Shown here in pieces: positions 27,593-37,906 of a stretch of DNA of 64,000 nt. Location of the stretch: positions 6,926 through 70,925 of IMG/VR virus record IMGVR_UViG_3300025654_000007, one strand, 5' to 3'. Made by a program: the position numbers and the translations under genes. Under the pieces are notes generated by a model that was not told where the DNA came from, did not search any database, and saw only the letters and a program-made list of their open reading frames with translations. This stretch comes from a virus (taxonomy: Duplodnaviria > Caudoviricetes). How positions within the stretch are numbered: position 1 is the first letter of the stretch; each line of letters starts with the position of its first letter.

Positions 27593-28822
27593 ATGTCACA
27601 AATTATAAAAATCAAGCGTTCTAGTACTCCGGGCGCTGTTCCTCTTATAACTGACCTTACTGCTGGCGAGCTGGCTCTTAATACCCATGATGGTAATCTC
27701 TATGCCTTAAATGCAGCTGGAGATGCTGTTGATACCCTTGGGGGAGTTCATGACGCTGCAATAAGCGTAGATGGTAATACACTCACCATAGATAAAACAG
27801 ACGGAAGCACTCTTACATTTTCTCCTTTTACCGATATCAGTGGTGGTTTAGAGTTAAATGGCGATTTAGAGTTAAACGGTAATCTAGAGCTAAAATCAAC
27901 AGTAGACAATCAGAACTATTTGCCTGAAATAAAGATGACACGGGATCAAGGCATTGGTGCGGTTAGCGATGAATTAGGAGCTATAGTATGGGAAGGAGAT
28001 AACTATCTTGGTGATCAAAAAGTCTACAGCCGCATAGCTTCGACAATAAAAGATACAGGTAGTACAAATTCTGGCGTAGTAAAGGGAGAAATTACATTCT
28101 CTGTTGCTGATGGTACGACAGCAGATGAAGGTCGTGATGATAACAATGCTGTATTAGAAAAGGTAACAGTTAGTATAGATAGTGATGGCATTCACTTACC
28201 TCAGGCATCGACCAATTTTGTTAATTTCGGTAGGGCGGTGAATCAAGGATTAAAATATTGGCAGAGTGGCGGCGGAGGTTTTAGCAGCGAAGTCAAAGCT
28301 CTAACGCCAACGCAAGATAACACACTATATGTTCCTAATACAAGTGGCACATTATTAACAGCTTCACTGGCCGGTGGTTCTCTTAATGGAGGTAATGGTC
28401 TTACTGGTACTCCTAGGTCGACATGGGATCTTAGCCAAGCTACAGGTAATCAAAATACAACATATTACCATTATCAAGCAGCTGGCACAACAACAGATCT
28501 TGTTGTATCTCTTCCGTATCCCGTGTATGACGCCATAGAAGTTGGTACGTCTTGGAAGTATGTAAATATATCGGCTGATGCGTCTTCTGATATAATAATA
28601 GACGTTGATAGTTATCTTGCCGGCAGCGCAAATTACACTGGGCCAGTTTATTATGTTTTGCTTACCTATACCGGTGCAGCTCCCGTTTTATCTACTTCAA
28701 TTAATATCGGCACAGGTTACGATAATTTTAGTGTTGCACCTGGTGGACATATAATACTAACAGCAATAGATACATTTGTTTACTCTGTAGAAGGCACGGG
28801 CATAACTATGGTTAGCCCATAG
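27593..28822 (+). CDS. Second fibre / tropism-type structural protein
   Basis: MSQIIKIKRSSTPGAVP..DLTAGELALNTHDGNLY Mtd-N-like start; LYVPNTSGTL fibre motif. Confidence 0.75.
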   Translation: MSQIIKIKRSSTPGAVPLITDLTAGELALNTHDGNLYALNAAGDAVDTLGGVHDAAISVDGNTLTIDKTDGSTLTFSPFTDISGGLELNGDLELNGNLELKSTVDNQNYLPEIKMTRDQGIGAVSDELGAIVWEGDNYLGDQKVYSRIASTIKDTGSTNSGVVKGEITFSVADGTTADEGRDDNNAVLEKVTVSIDSDGIHLPQASTNFVNFGRAVNQGLKYWQSGGGGFSSEVKALTPTQDNTLYVPNTSGTLLTASLAGGSLNGGNGLTGTPRSTWDLSQATGNQNTTYYHYQAAGTTTDLVVSLPYPVYDAIEVGTSWKYVNISADASSDIIIDVDSYLAGSANYTGPVYYVLLTYTGAAPVLSTSINIGTGYDNFSVAPGGHIILTAIDTFVYSVEGTGITMVSP

Positions 28823-28837
28823 TGTTCTTCTGGAGCA

Positions 28838-28845
28838 TATAAATA
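28838..28845 (+). promoter_or_regulatory. Late promoter for gp13
   Basis: TATAAATA intergenic; GAGGA SD downstream. Confidence 0.87.
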
Positions 28846-28876
28846 ATACAATAAGTAATTAATATAAGAGGATAGT

Positions 28877-29626
28877 ATGGCAAAGCCAACTTCAAAAGCA
28901 ACGCTAATAGACTATTGTCTACGCAATCTCGGTGCACCCGTTATTGAAGTGAACGTAGACGACGATCAGATTGACGATCGAATAGATGAAGCACTACAGT
29001 TCTATCAAGAGTATCATTCTGATGCCGTTGAACGAGTGTATCTTAAACACCAGGTTACGGCTGATGATATAACTAATGGTTATATTAGTCTCACTGATCA
29101 TATTCAAAACATCATGCGAGTATTTCCGCTTAATGATAACTCAAATGGTACTAGCATGTTTAGTGTTAAATACCAAATGCATATGAATGATTTGTTTAAT
29201 GTAAACTTTGGTGGTGGCTTACTAGACTATGAAATGAGAATGCAACATATGTCTCTCATGGGTCAAGTTATAGACGATGGTGTTAAACATATTGAATGGA
29301 ATCGTCATCGAAATACATTACGCATTGATATGAATTGGGTAACTGAAGTTGAAGTTGATGATTATATCATTATTGAATGCGACAGAGTTATGGATCCTGA
29401 TACCTACGTTGATGTCTATAATGATTACTACTTAAAGAAATACGCGACAGCGTTAATAAAACGACAATGGGGAGTTAACCTCAAGAAGTTCGAAGGAATG
29501 GTTATGCCAGGTGGTGTAACTTTTAATGGTCAACAAATGTTCGACGAAGCTACTGAAGAGTTAAAAGAACTCCAAGAAGAAGCTCGTCTAAATTGGGAAC
29601 TGCCTGTTGACTTCTTCTCTGGATAA
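28877..29626 (+). CDS. gp13: Neck protein
   Basis: LIDYCLRNLGAPVIEVNVDDDQIDDRIDEALQ; YATALIKRQWGVNLKKF..MPGGVTFNG. Confidence 0.96.
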   Translation: MAKPTSKATLIDYCLRNLGAPVIEVNVDDDQIDDRIDEALQFYQEYHSDAVERVYLKHQVTADDITNGYISLTDHIQNIMRVFPLNDNSNGTSMFSVKYQMHMNDLFNVNFGGGLLDYEMRMQHMSLMGQVIDDGVKHIEWNRHRNTLRIDMNWVTEVEVDDYIIIECDRVMDPDTYVDVYNDYYLKKYATALIKRQWGVNLKKFEGMVMPGGVTFNGQQMFDEATEELKELQEEARLNWELPVDFFSG

Positions 29627-29631
29627 AAATT

Positions 29632-30576
29632 ATGCCACGTAATACATACATATCGCAATCAGTTGAAAGCGAACAACATCTATATGAAGATCTTATCATT
29701 GAATCCTTACGGATCTTTGGTCAAGATGTTTATTATCTCCCACGAACATTAATTGGACGTGATAATATTTTAGGTGAAGATATAGCGTCTAAGTTTGATG
29801 ATGCATATATGATTGAAGCTTACATCGAAAATACAGATGGTTTCGATGGACAAGGTGATCTACTTAGTAAATTTGGTTTAGAGATACGTGATGAGGCTAC
29901 GTTCATATTATCGCGTCGACGATGGAATCAATTTGTTGGTATTTGGAATAATGAGATAGTAGAATCTACGCCAGAAGAAGGTGATATACTATACTTGCCA
30001 ATGTCTGCTAAATTCTTCGAGATCAGCCATGTTGAACATGAGCAGCCTTTCTATCAGCTTTCTGATCTTCCAGTTTATAAGTTACGATGTTCGTTATACG
30101 AATATAATGAAGAACAGTTTGATACTAATGTCGGTGAAATTGACAATTGGCAAAAAGAGGTATCATATCAGGTTGGTCTAGATGTAACAATCAATGATAT
30201 TATCTTTCCTCATGTTGGTGAACAGATTAGACAATACACAGTGTTACCTACATTAGAAGGTTCTGCTGGTGTGTATGTCTATGGCGAAGTACAAAAAGTA
30301 GAGAAGCTAACAGATACTACTGCGACAATATATGTTTCTAATATTGGTGTTGAAGGTACGGATAAGGCTAGAGACTTCTATGTATCATCTGATAACAGTG
30401 CACGAGGTCAAGAAACAGACTCAGATTTAACTATAACTAAAGTTTATGGTATAGTTGATGATGAAAGCTTTAGCTCAGACAAGCAAGCACGCAATGTAGA
30501 TTTTGAAATAGAAGCAGATAACATAATCGACTTCTCTGAATCTAACCCGTTCGGCGATCCATCGGAGACTTTCTAA
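29632..30576 (+). CDS. gp14: Neck protein
   Basis: EQHLYEDLIIESLRIFGQDVYYLPR, SKFGLEIRDE, PEEGDILY, ends FSESNPFG. Confidence 0.96.
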   Translation: MPRNTYISQSVESEQHLYEDLIIESLRIFGQDVYYLPRTLIGRDNILGEDIASKFDDAYMIEAYIENTDGFDGQGDLLSKFGLEIRDEATFILSRRRWNQFVGIWNNEIVESTPEEGDILYLPMSAKFFEISHVEHEQPFYQLSDLPVYKLRCSLYEYNEEQFDTNVGEIDNWQKEVSYQVGLDVTINDIIFPHVGEQIRQYTVLPTLEGSAGVYVYGEVQKVEKLTDTTATIYVSNIGVEGTDKARDFYVSSDNSARGQETDSDLTITKVYGIVDDESFSSDKQARNVDFEIEADNIIDFSESNPFGDPSETF

Positions 30577-31347
30577 ATGTTTGGTTCACATTTCTATCAT
30601 GCTACAATGAGAAAGACTGTTGCTGTCTTTGGTACACTGTTTAATAACCTTACTATCATTCGCAAGAACGGCGCTGGTGGTGTATTAAATCAGATCAAGG
30701 TACCTTTGGCTTATGGTCCTAAACAGAAGTTTTTAGCTAGAATTGACCAACAGCTAGATGACGACTCATCGATGGCGATCAAATTGCCTCGTATGTCATT
30801 TGAGATTACGTCACTCGACTTAGACACTAATCAAAAGCTACAGAAGGGCTTATCTTCTGCTTGTTCAGAAAGCAGCGATGATCCAACTAAGGTTAAAACT
30901 ATCAGACATGCGGTTGCATATAACATTGGAATGCAGCTGAATATAATGGCTAAAAACCAAGACGATGGTTTACAGGTATTAGAACAAATCGTTCCTTACT
31001 TTCAACCTGAATATACCATTGCTATTAATCCTATTGACGATATGACGTTTTCACAAGATGTTCCAATAGTACTAAACTCAGTAGCAATTGCCGATGACTA
31101 TGAAGGTGAAATTGCTGAACGTAGAGTATTAGTGTATACATTAGATTTTACAATGAAAATGAAGTTTTATGGTCCAACGAATGAGACAGGCATTATAAAA
31201 TCTATTGATGTTAACTTTGCTAGTAACCCTGGTTTATCAGATATGTTAGTGGCTATGGGCGTTGAGATCAATCCGACTACTGCTGGCATTGTTGATGACT
31301 ATACTATAGTTACCACAATATCAGATCCAGACAACACAGGTACTTAA
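30577..31347 (+). CDS. gp15: Tail sheath stabilizer / tail terminator
   Basis: HFYHATMRK, VPLAYGPKQKF, LPRMSFEI, EQIVPYFQPEY. Confidence 0.96.
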   Translation: MFGSHFYHATMRKTVAVFGTLFNNLTIIRKNGAGGVLNQIKVPLAYGPKQKFLARIDQQLDDDSSMAIKLPRMSFEITSLDLDTNQKLQKGLSSACSESSDDPTKVKTIRHAVAYNIGMQLNIMAKNQDDGLQVLEQIVPYFQPEYTIAINPIDDMTFSQDVPIVLNSVAIADDYEGEIAERRVLVYTLDFTMKMKFYGPTNETGIIKSIDVNFASNPGLSDMLVAMGVEINPTTAGIVDDYTIVTTISDPDNTGT

Positions 31348-31821
31348 ATGTTTGACGATGGCGATAAAAAAGCTCTTATGGCTAAAAGCCTAGAAGCTCA
31401 GATGAAAAAGGCTGAAGTGCAATCTGAGAATTTACCAGATGATCCAATTGATAGGATAGAAGCTGAGGTGGACGAAGATTACCTTTTAGCTCGACAGACT
31501 TATAAAGAATTAATGCTAACTGGCACAAAGGCTATTAATAGTCTATCAGAGATAGCTAAAGAAACAGAACATCCGAGAGCTTTTGAGGTATTATCTAAAG
31601 CTATAACAGATGTCGGCAATGTTGCTGATAAACTAATGAAGTTGCAGAAAGAAAAAGCAGCAGTTAAGGGTGAAAAAGTACAGGCTAGAGCAGTAACAAA
31701 TAACAATGTATTCGTTGGTAGTACTAGTGATCTACAAAGAATGTTATTAGATGCTAAGAAGCAAGAAAAAGAAGAAGAAGCTGAAAGCGGAATTGTTATT
31801 GATCAGGATAAGGATGATTAA
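31348..31821 (+). CDS. gp16: Terminase small subunit
   Basis: DYLLARQTY, EHPRAFEV, NNNVFVGSTSDLQRML. Confidence 0.95.
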   Translation: MFDDGDKKALMAKSLEAQMKKAEVQSENLPDDPIDRIEAEVDEDYLLARQTYKELMLTGTKAINSLSEIAKETEHPRAFEVLSKAITDVGNVADKLMKLQKEKAAVKGEKVQARAVTNNNVFVGSTSDLQRMLLDAKKQEKEEEAESGIVIDQDKDD

Positions 31822-33425
31822 TGCAAACTAAGAATGGCGATTTAGGATATTTAGGTAACCCTAACGTTAAACGTGACGGAGTTGAACAGGATTTTACACT
31901 TGATGAGGTACAAGAATATCAAGCGTGCATGGATGATCCTGGTTATTTTGCGTGTAAGTACGCTAAGGTAATCAATCTAGATGATGGCTTAGTACCATTT
32001 AAGTTATATCCGTATCAGGAGAAAATGTTTAAGCATTTTAAAGAGAATAGATTCTCTGTAGTTCTTGCATGTAGACAATCTGGTAAATCGATTTCTTCTG
32101 TTATATACCTATTATGGTATGCAATATTCCATCCTGAAAAAACAATAGCTATCTTAGCTAACAAAGGCTCAACAGCTAGAGAGATGCTTTCTCGTATAAC
32201 ATTAGCCCTAGAAAATCTTCCATTTTTCTTACAACCTGGCTGTAAGGCATTAAACAAAGGCTCTATTGAATTTTCAAATCACTCTAAGATAGTGGCGGCT
32301 GCTACCTCCGGATCATCTATTCGTGGTATGTCTATCAACCTTTTATTCTTAGACGAATTTGCGTTTATTGATAATGATGCTGAGTTCTATACGTCAACAT
32401 ATCCTGTTGTATCGTCTGGTAAAGAAACACAGATCATAATAGCATCCACAGCTAACGGTATAGGCAATGTATATCATCAGATATGGGAGGGAGCTAATTC
32501 AGGTTCAAACGATTATGCTCCTTTTAGAGTAGATTGGTTTGATGTACCTGGTCGAGATGAAGCATGGAAAAAACAAACAATAGCTAATACTTCTGCTCTG
32601 CAGTTTGACCAAGAATTTGGTAACCATTTTATAGGAAGAGGCAATAGTCTTATAGCGTCTGACGCATTAATGGGATTATTATCATCTGAGCCAAAACATA
32701 TAATTGATAATACGTTCATTTATCAGATACCTAAAGAAGGTCACGAATACGTCATGATGGTTGATGTATCTAAAGGACGAGGTCAAGATTATTCGACATT
32801 CAATATAATCGACGTGACGTGTAGACCATTTGAGCAGGTTGCTATATTTAGAGATAACAACATATCTCCGATGCTGTTACCAGATGTTATATATAAATAT
32901 GCAACAACGTATAACGAAGCATATGTCATTATAGAGTCTAACGACCAGGGTTCTATAGTTTGTAATGGTATGTGGCACGAACTCGAATATGAGAATATGT
33001 TTGTAGAATCAACAGTTAAAGCAGGAATGCTTGGTGCGACTATGACTAAGAAAGTCAAGCGTATTGGTTGTTCTACTATTAAGGACTTTATTGAGCAAGG
33101 CCAGCTCATTATACATGATATACATACAATCCAGGAGCTCACTACTTTTGCCATAAAAGGTACAAGTTATGCAGCTACTGGCAATAATCATGATGATTTA
33201 GTGATGAACTTAGTTATGTTTGGTTGGTTTGCTACAACTGACATATTTGAAGGAATGACTAATATTGAAATGAAAGATATGCTCTACAGGGAACAGCTAG
33301 CTGCTATTCAAGAAGACGTGTTACCATTTGGTCTTATTGGTAGTCAGGATGCCCCCATAGAGAAAGAAACATATGAAACTCCAGCTGGCACTACCTGGCA
33401 GGTTGATAACGATTTCAGTTTCTAG
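31821..33425 (+). CDS. gp17: Terminase large subunit
   Basis: YLGNPNVK, ACRQSGKS Walker A, LFLDEFAF Walker B, DVSKGRGQDYS, HDDLVM. Confidence 0.98.
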   Translation: MQTKNGDLGYLGNPNVKRDGVEQDFTLDEVQEYQACMDDPGYFACKYAKVINLDDGLVPFKLYPYQEKMFKHFKENRFSVVLACRQSGKSISSVIYLLWYAIFHPEKTIAILANKGSTAREMLSRITLALENLPFFLQPGCKALNKGSIEFSNHSKIVAAATSGSSIRGMSINLLFLDEFAFIDNDAEFYTSTYPVVSSGKETQIIIASTANGIGNVYHQIWEGANSGSNDYAPFRVDWFDVPGRDEAWKKQTIANTSALQFDQEFGNHFIGRGNSLIASDALMGLLSSEPKHIIDNTFIYQIPKEGHEYVMMVDVSKGRGQDYSTFNIIDVTCRPFEQVAIFRDNNISPMLLPDVIYKYATTYNEAYVIIESNDQGSIVCNGMWHELEYENMFVESTVKAGMLGATMTKKVKRIGCSTIKDFIEQGQLIIHDIHTIQELTTFAIKGTSYAATGNNHDDLVMNLVMFGWFATTDIFEGMTNIEMKDMLYREQLAAIQEDVLPFGLIGSQDAPIEKETYETPAGTTWQVDNDFSF

Positions 33426-33438
33426 AAATCCGGTATAT

Positions 33439-33446
33439 TATAAATA
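33439..33446 (+). promoter_or_regulatory. Late promoter for gp18
   Basis: TATAAATA intergenic. Confidence 0.87.
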
Positions 33447-33509
33447 TATGTAGTTGAAGAATAACCTTATTATGAACTCATACTATAAACTATTGACGAG
33501 GAAAACACA

Positions 33510-35207
33510 ATGGCTTTTCAATTATCGCCGGGTGTCAATGTAAAAGAGATTGACGCTACAAACGTTGTTCCTGCTGTTTCATCATCTATTGGTGGTACTG
33601 TTGGTGCATTTAATTGGGGTCCCGTTGCTGAAATTACTACTGTTGGTTCTGAAAAAGAATTAGCATCTGTGTTTGGGCAACCTTCAGACCTTACCGCAAA
33701 ATACTTTCTACCTGCTGCTGGCTTTTTGCTATATGGTTCTGCATTAAAAGTTGTTCGTATCGCTGACGCGAGTCATGTTAACGCTAATGCTGCTGGTACT
33801 GCTACCCTTACTATCAACAATGAATCTGCGTACGACTTAGCTGGTCATGCAACTACTGACCTTGCTACTTGGGGTTCTTGGGCCGCTAAATATCCAGGTG
33901 CATTAGGTAATGGACTACAGGTTCATTTAGCTTCTGGTGGTCTTACAGCTGCATGGGATACTTGGGCATATAAGAGTCAGTTCTCTGCTAAGCCTGCTAC
34001 TTCTGAATATGCTGAGCAAGTTGGCGCGCCAACTGCGGGTGATGAAATTCATGTCGTTGTAGTTGATGGTGCTGGTGTATTCACTGGTACGGCTGGTACA
34101 GTTCTTGAAACTTATGAGTTCCTATCTCAAGCATCTAATGCTAAAAAATCTGATGGTTCTAGTAACTACTATGCAGATGTCGTCAATAAGTTATCTAAGT
34201 ACGTTTGGTTCATGGATCATGATTCATCGTTAAGTGATGCTGGATCTTTGCTTGATGGTGATTCAACATTTACAGGTGATGTAGTAACTAGTGATACTAT
34301 GACTACAGGTGCTGATGATCATTCACCATCTGATGGCGAATTACAATTAGCTTTAGACTTATTTGCAGATGCCGAAAGTGTTGATGTAAACCTATTATTT
34401 GGTGGTTTAGATACAGCGGCTGGAACATTTACTAACTCAAAATATATTATCGATCTTGCAACAACTCGCAAGGACGTTATGGCTTTTGTTTCTCCTCCTA
34501 CAATAGATACTGTTGGTGCTACTTCAGCTGCTAATGTTATTGCTTGGGCCAACGGTCTAACTAGTACTTCGTACGGCGTTGCTGATAGCTCAGCTCTTTA
34601 TGTTTATGACAAATACAATGACGTTTATCGTAACATTCCTGCATATGGACATGTTGCTGGTCTTTGTGCAAACACAGATAACGTTGCTGATACTTGGTTC
34701 TCTCCAGCTGGTCAGACTCGTGGTGCTGTATTAGGTGTAACCAAACTAGCTTTTAATCCAACTGGTGCTCAGCGTGATGAATTATATCAAGCTCGTGTTA
34801 ATCCATTAGTTGCTTTTGCTGGTGAAGGTATTCAATTGTTTGGTGATAAGACGTTACTAGCTCGTCCATCAGCATTTGATCGTATCAATGTTCGTCGCTT
34901 ATTCATCGTAATGGAAAAAGCTATTGCTAAAGCAGCAAGAGCTCAACTATTCGAGTTCAATGATGAATTCACACAGGCTCAATTCCGTAATATGGTTGAA
35001 CCTTTCCTTCGTGATATTAAAGGTCGTCGTGGTGTTACTGATTTCGCAGTTATATGTGATTCTACTAACAATACTGGTGAAGTAGTTGATGGTAACCGTT
35101 TCGTTGCTGACATCTATGTTAAACCTGCGCGTTCTATTAACTTTATCACTCTTAACTTTATCGCAACTAGAACTGGTGTGGATTTCTCTGAAATCTCCGG
35201 TTCTTAA
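33510..35207 (+). CDS. gp18: Tail sheath protein
   Basis: MAFQLSPGVNVKEID, WFSPAG..RG, FDRINVRRLF, KPARSINFITLNF. Confidence 0.98.
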   Translation: MAFQLSPGVNVKEIDATNVVPAVSSSIGGTVGAFNWGPVAEITTVGSEKELASVFGQPSDLTAKYFLPAAGFLLYGSALKVVRIADASHVNANAAGTATLTINNESAYDLAGHATTDLATWGSWAAKYPGALGNGLQVHLASGGLTAAWDTWAYKSQFSAKPATSEYAEQVGAPTAGDEIHVVVVDGAGVFTGTAGTVLETYEFLSQASNAKKSDGSSNYYADVVNKLSKYVWFMDHDSSLSDAGSLLDGDSTFTGDVVTSDTMTTGADDHSPSDGELQLALDLFADAESVDVNLLFGGLDTAAGTFTNSKYIIDLATTRKDVMAFVSPPTIDTVGATSAANVIAWANGLTSTSYGVADSSALYVYDKYNDVYRNIPAYGHVAGLCANTDNVADTWFSPAGQTRGAVLGVTKLAFNPTGAQRDELYQARVNPLVAFAGEGIQLFGDKTLLARPSAFDRINVRRLFIVMEKAIAKAARAQLFEFNDEFTQAQFRNMVEPFLRDIKGRRGVTDFAVICDSTNNTGEVVDGNRFVADIYVKPARSINFITLNFIATRTGVDFSEISGS

Positions 35208-35224
35208 TTAGAGGATATTAAAAA

Positions 35225-35755
35225 ATGGCTATTTTAGGCGTAGATGATTTCAAATCAAAATTAACAGGCGGTGGTGCCCGTGCTAACATGTTTAAAGTTA
35301 TTTGTAACTTTCCAGGTTATGCTCAGGGTGATGTTGAACTAACATCTTTCTTATGTAAAGGTGCTCAGCTTCCTTCATCTGTTATCGCTCCAATTACTAT
35401 TCCATTCCGTGGTCGTCAGCTTCAGATTGCTGGTGATCGTACTTTCGAACCATTAACTCTTACAGTTATCAATGATGTAGAATTTAGTGTTCGAAATGCT
35501 TTTGAGCGTTGGATGAATGGTATTAATGAGCATCAAAATAATACTGGACTTACTGATCCAACTGCGTACCAAGCAGATATGACAGTTCAACAGTTAGCTA
35601 AAGACGGTACAGTGGTTAAGTCTTATGACTTCCGTGGTACTTTCCCAACTAACTTAGGAGCTATTGATCTTAGCTATGATTCTGAGAACACTATCGAAGA
35701 ATTTACAGTTGAGCTTCAAGTACAATACTGGGAAGCGACCGGAGTCACTTCGTAG
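35225..35755 (+). CDS. gp19: Tail tube protein
   Basis: GGGARANMF, IPFRGRQLQIAGDRTFE, FPTNLGAIDLSYD. Confidence 0.98.
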   Translation: MAILGVDDFKSKLTGGGARANMFKVICNFPGYAQGDVELTSFLCKGAQLPSSVIAPITIPFRGRQLQIAGDRTFEPLTLTVINDVEFSVRNAFERWMNGINEHQNNTGLTDPTAYQADMTVQQLAKDGTVVKSYDFRGTFPTNLGAIDLSYDSENTIEEFTVELQVQYWEATGVTS

Positions 35756-35760
35756 GGTTG

Positions 35761-35768
35761 TATAAATA
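35761..35768 (+). promoter_or_regulatory. Late promoter for portal
   Basis: TATAAATA after the gp19 stop. Confidence 0.85.
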
Positions 35769-35820
35769 ATTTAGTACAGAGGGTTAGAATCGTCTAGCCC
35801 TCTTGCTAATGGAGATTACA

Positions 35821-37305
35821 ATGGCAACATTTTTTGGCTTCGATATAAAACGTAAAGGTGATAAGGAAAAGGATATTGCATCCTTTGTTCCTAAGACAGA
35901 AGAAGATGCTACTGGTACTATTGTCGGTGGTGGTTCTCATTTTGGTTCTTACGTTGACTTAGACGGAGATAAGGCTAAATCTGATCGCGATATGATTCGT
36001 AAATATCGTGACATTGCTATGCATCCTGAATGTGATGGAGCAATAGAAGATATAGTTAATGAATCAATTGTAGGTGATAAAGATCAACCTGTAAATATCG
36101 TACTTGATGCGGTAGACGTCTCAGATAAAATCAAAAAGATTATCAGACAAGAATTTGATACAGTATTGGAGTTAATGGACTTCAATCTGTTTGGTCACGA
36201 TATATTCCGTAAATGGTATGTCGATGGTCGCTTACCATATCATATTATGATAGACGATGCTAATCAGAAAGCTGGCATTAAAGAGTTACGGTATATTGAT
36301 CCGACTAAACTCAGCAAGGTAAAAGAAGTTACTGAAGAAAATGATCCTAAGACTGGTGCTAAAGTATACGTAGACAATAATGACTACTACATCTATAAAG
36401 ATTCACCAGAAGCTAAAGAAGGATTAAAGATTAAGAAAGACGCGATTGCTTATTGTACTTCAGGTGTTACTGATGCTAGTCGCAAACGCACTCTTTCGTA
36501 TTTACATAAGGCAGTTAAACCAGTAAATCAGCTTCGTATGATGGAAGATTCATTAGTAATCTATCGTATATCACGAGCACCAGAACGTCGTATATTCTAT
36601 ATTGATGTTGGTAACTTACAGAAAGGTAAGGCTGAAGAATATTTACGTGGTATTATGAACCAGTATCGTAACAAACTAGTATATGATGCGAACACTGGCG
36701 AAATGCAGAATGATAAGAAACATATGTCTATGTTAGAAGATTTCTTCTTACCAAGACGAGAAGGTGGTAGAGGTACTGAGATTTCTACACTACCTGGTGG
36801 TGAAAACCTAGGACAAATAGATGATATTGTCTATTTCCAGAAGCGATTGTATAGATCTTTAAATGTTCCGGTTAGTCGCATGGAACAAGATTCTACGTTT
36901 GCATTAGGTCGAGCATCAGAGATAAACAGAGACGAAGTTAAATTCAAGAAGTTTGTTGATAGACTACGCACTCGTTTTTCTAGTATATTCTTGCAGTTAC
37001 TGAAAACACAGCTGTTACTTAAAGGTGTTATCACAGAAAAAGATTGGAAAGAATTTAGGTCTAACATTAATTTTAACTTTATTGAAGATAACCACTTCGC
37101 TGAACTTAAGACTAACGAGATTCGTAGAGAGCGATTCGAAATGCTTGCAACTTTAGATGAATATGTTGGTCAGTACGTTTCTAGAGATTGGGTTCGTAAG
37201 AACGTACTTCAACAGAGCGATGATGAAATCGAAGTAATGAATGCTCAAATGGAAAAAGAAAAGGCCGAAGAACCAGAAGACGATCTAGATGATCTGGACG
37301 TCTAG
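35821..37305 (+). CDS. gp20: Portal protein (start probably ATG 35821 after GGAG)
   Basis: FRKWYVDGR, MMEDSLVIYRISRAPERRIFYIDVGNL, EDFFLPRREGGRGTEISTLPGGENLG. Confidence 0.98.
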   Translation: MATFFGFDIKRKGDKEKDIASFVPKTEEDATGTIVGGGSHFGSYVDLDGDKAKSDRDMIRKYRDIAMHPECDGAIEDIVNESIVGDKDQPVNIVLDAVDVSDKIKKIIRQEFDTVLELMDFNLFGHDIFRKWYVDGRLPYHIMIDDANQKAGIKELRYIDPTKLSKVKEVTEENDPKTGAKVYVDNNDYYIYKDSPEAKEGLKIKKDAIAYCTSGVTDASRKRTLSYLHKAVKPVNQLRMMEDSLVIYRISRAPERRIFYIDVGNLQKGKAEEYLRGIMNQYRNKLVYDANTGEMQNDKKHMSMLEDFFLPRREGGRGTEISTLPGGENLGQIDDIVYFQKRLYRSLNVPVSRMEQDSTFALGRASEINRDEVKFKKFVDRLRTRFSSIFLQLLKTQLLLKGVITEKDWKEFRSNINFNFIEDNHFAELKTNEIRRERFEMLATLDEYVGQYVSRDWVRKNVLQQSDDEIEVMNAQMEKEKAEEPEDDLDDLDV

Positions 37306-37313
37306 TATAAATA
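37306..37313 (+). promoter_or_regulatory. Late promoter for prohead core genes
   Basis: TATAAATA directly after the portal stop. Confidence 0.85.
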
Positions 37314-37331
37314 AATATAACGAGGTAACGT

Positions 37332-37505
37332 ATGTCTATTGAAAATCTTATTAACGATTTAGCTAATGGTGATACTGCCAAGGCTAAAGCTAGTTTTGAT
37401 CTAGCTCTTGGTGATAAAGTATCTGGTGCATTAGATGCGCAAAAGATCGAAATCGCTAGTAATATGTATGGTAATACTGAAGCCGAAATAGACAAGGAAC
37501 TGTAA
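37332..37505 (+). CDS. Small prohead core protein (gp67-like; missing from ORF track)
   Basis: GAGG SD; MSIENLINDLANGDTAKAKASFDLALGDKVSGALDAQKIEIASNMYGNTEAEIDKEL*; position right after portal. Confidence 0.8.
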   Translation: MSIENLINDLANGDTAKAKASFDLALGDKVSGALDAQKIEIASNMYGNTEAEIDKEL

Positions 37506-37888
37506 TGAAGTCATTTAAAGATTTACGTGAATCTGCTAAACCTCAAGCTGTTGAGCTCGAAGAAGGCAAAAAAGTATTAACAACAAAGAAGCTTGTTGAT
37601 ACTATTAAGAAAGTAGATACTGCGTCAGGTGTTAATGAAATTCAAGATGCAATTGCTGCGTTGGCTGACTTTCCTAACCATTCATTTAAACCTGATGATC
37701 CAGCTAAAAATAAAAAGATGGTTTCTCATATTAAGAGCGTTAGCAAGAAAAGAGACCTTGCAGTGAAAGCGTACTCTGATGCTATTAAGGAATTAACAGT
37801 AGCGAGATCTGCTGTTAGAGCCGCAACTACTGAGATTATGAATGGTCCAGTATTTGTTCAGTCTGAGTCTACTGACGTTGAAGATTAA
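37505..37888 (+). CDS. Prohead core protein (gp68-like position)
   Basis: TAATG coupling; MKSFKDLRE start; L-x-E-type gp21 cleavage motifs. Confidence 0.65.
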   Translation: MKSFKDLRESAKPQAVELEEGKKVLTTKKLVDTIKKVDTASGVNEIQDAIAALADFPNHSFKPDDPAKNKKMVSHIKSVSKKRDLAVKAYSDAIKELTVARSAVRAATTEIMNGPVFVQSESTDVED

Positions 37889-37906
37889 GGATAAGGAATA
37901 ATAATA

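Noticed and set aside
21457-28822. Diversity-generating retroelement or invertible fibre cassette
   Set aside because: No reverse transcriptase, invertase or near-identical nucleotide repeat (TR/VR) seen; fibre similarity is at protein level only
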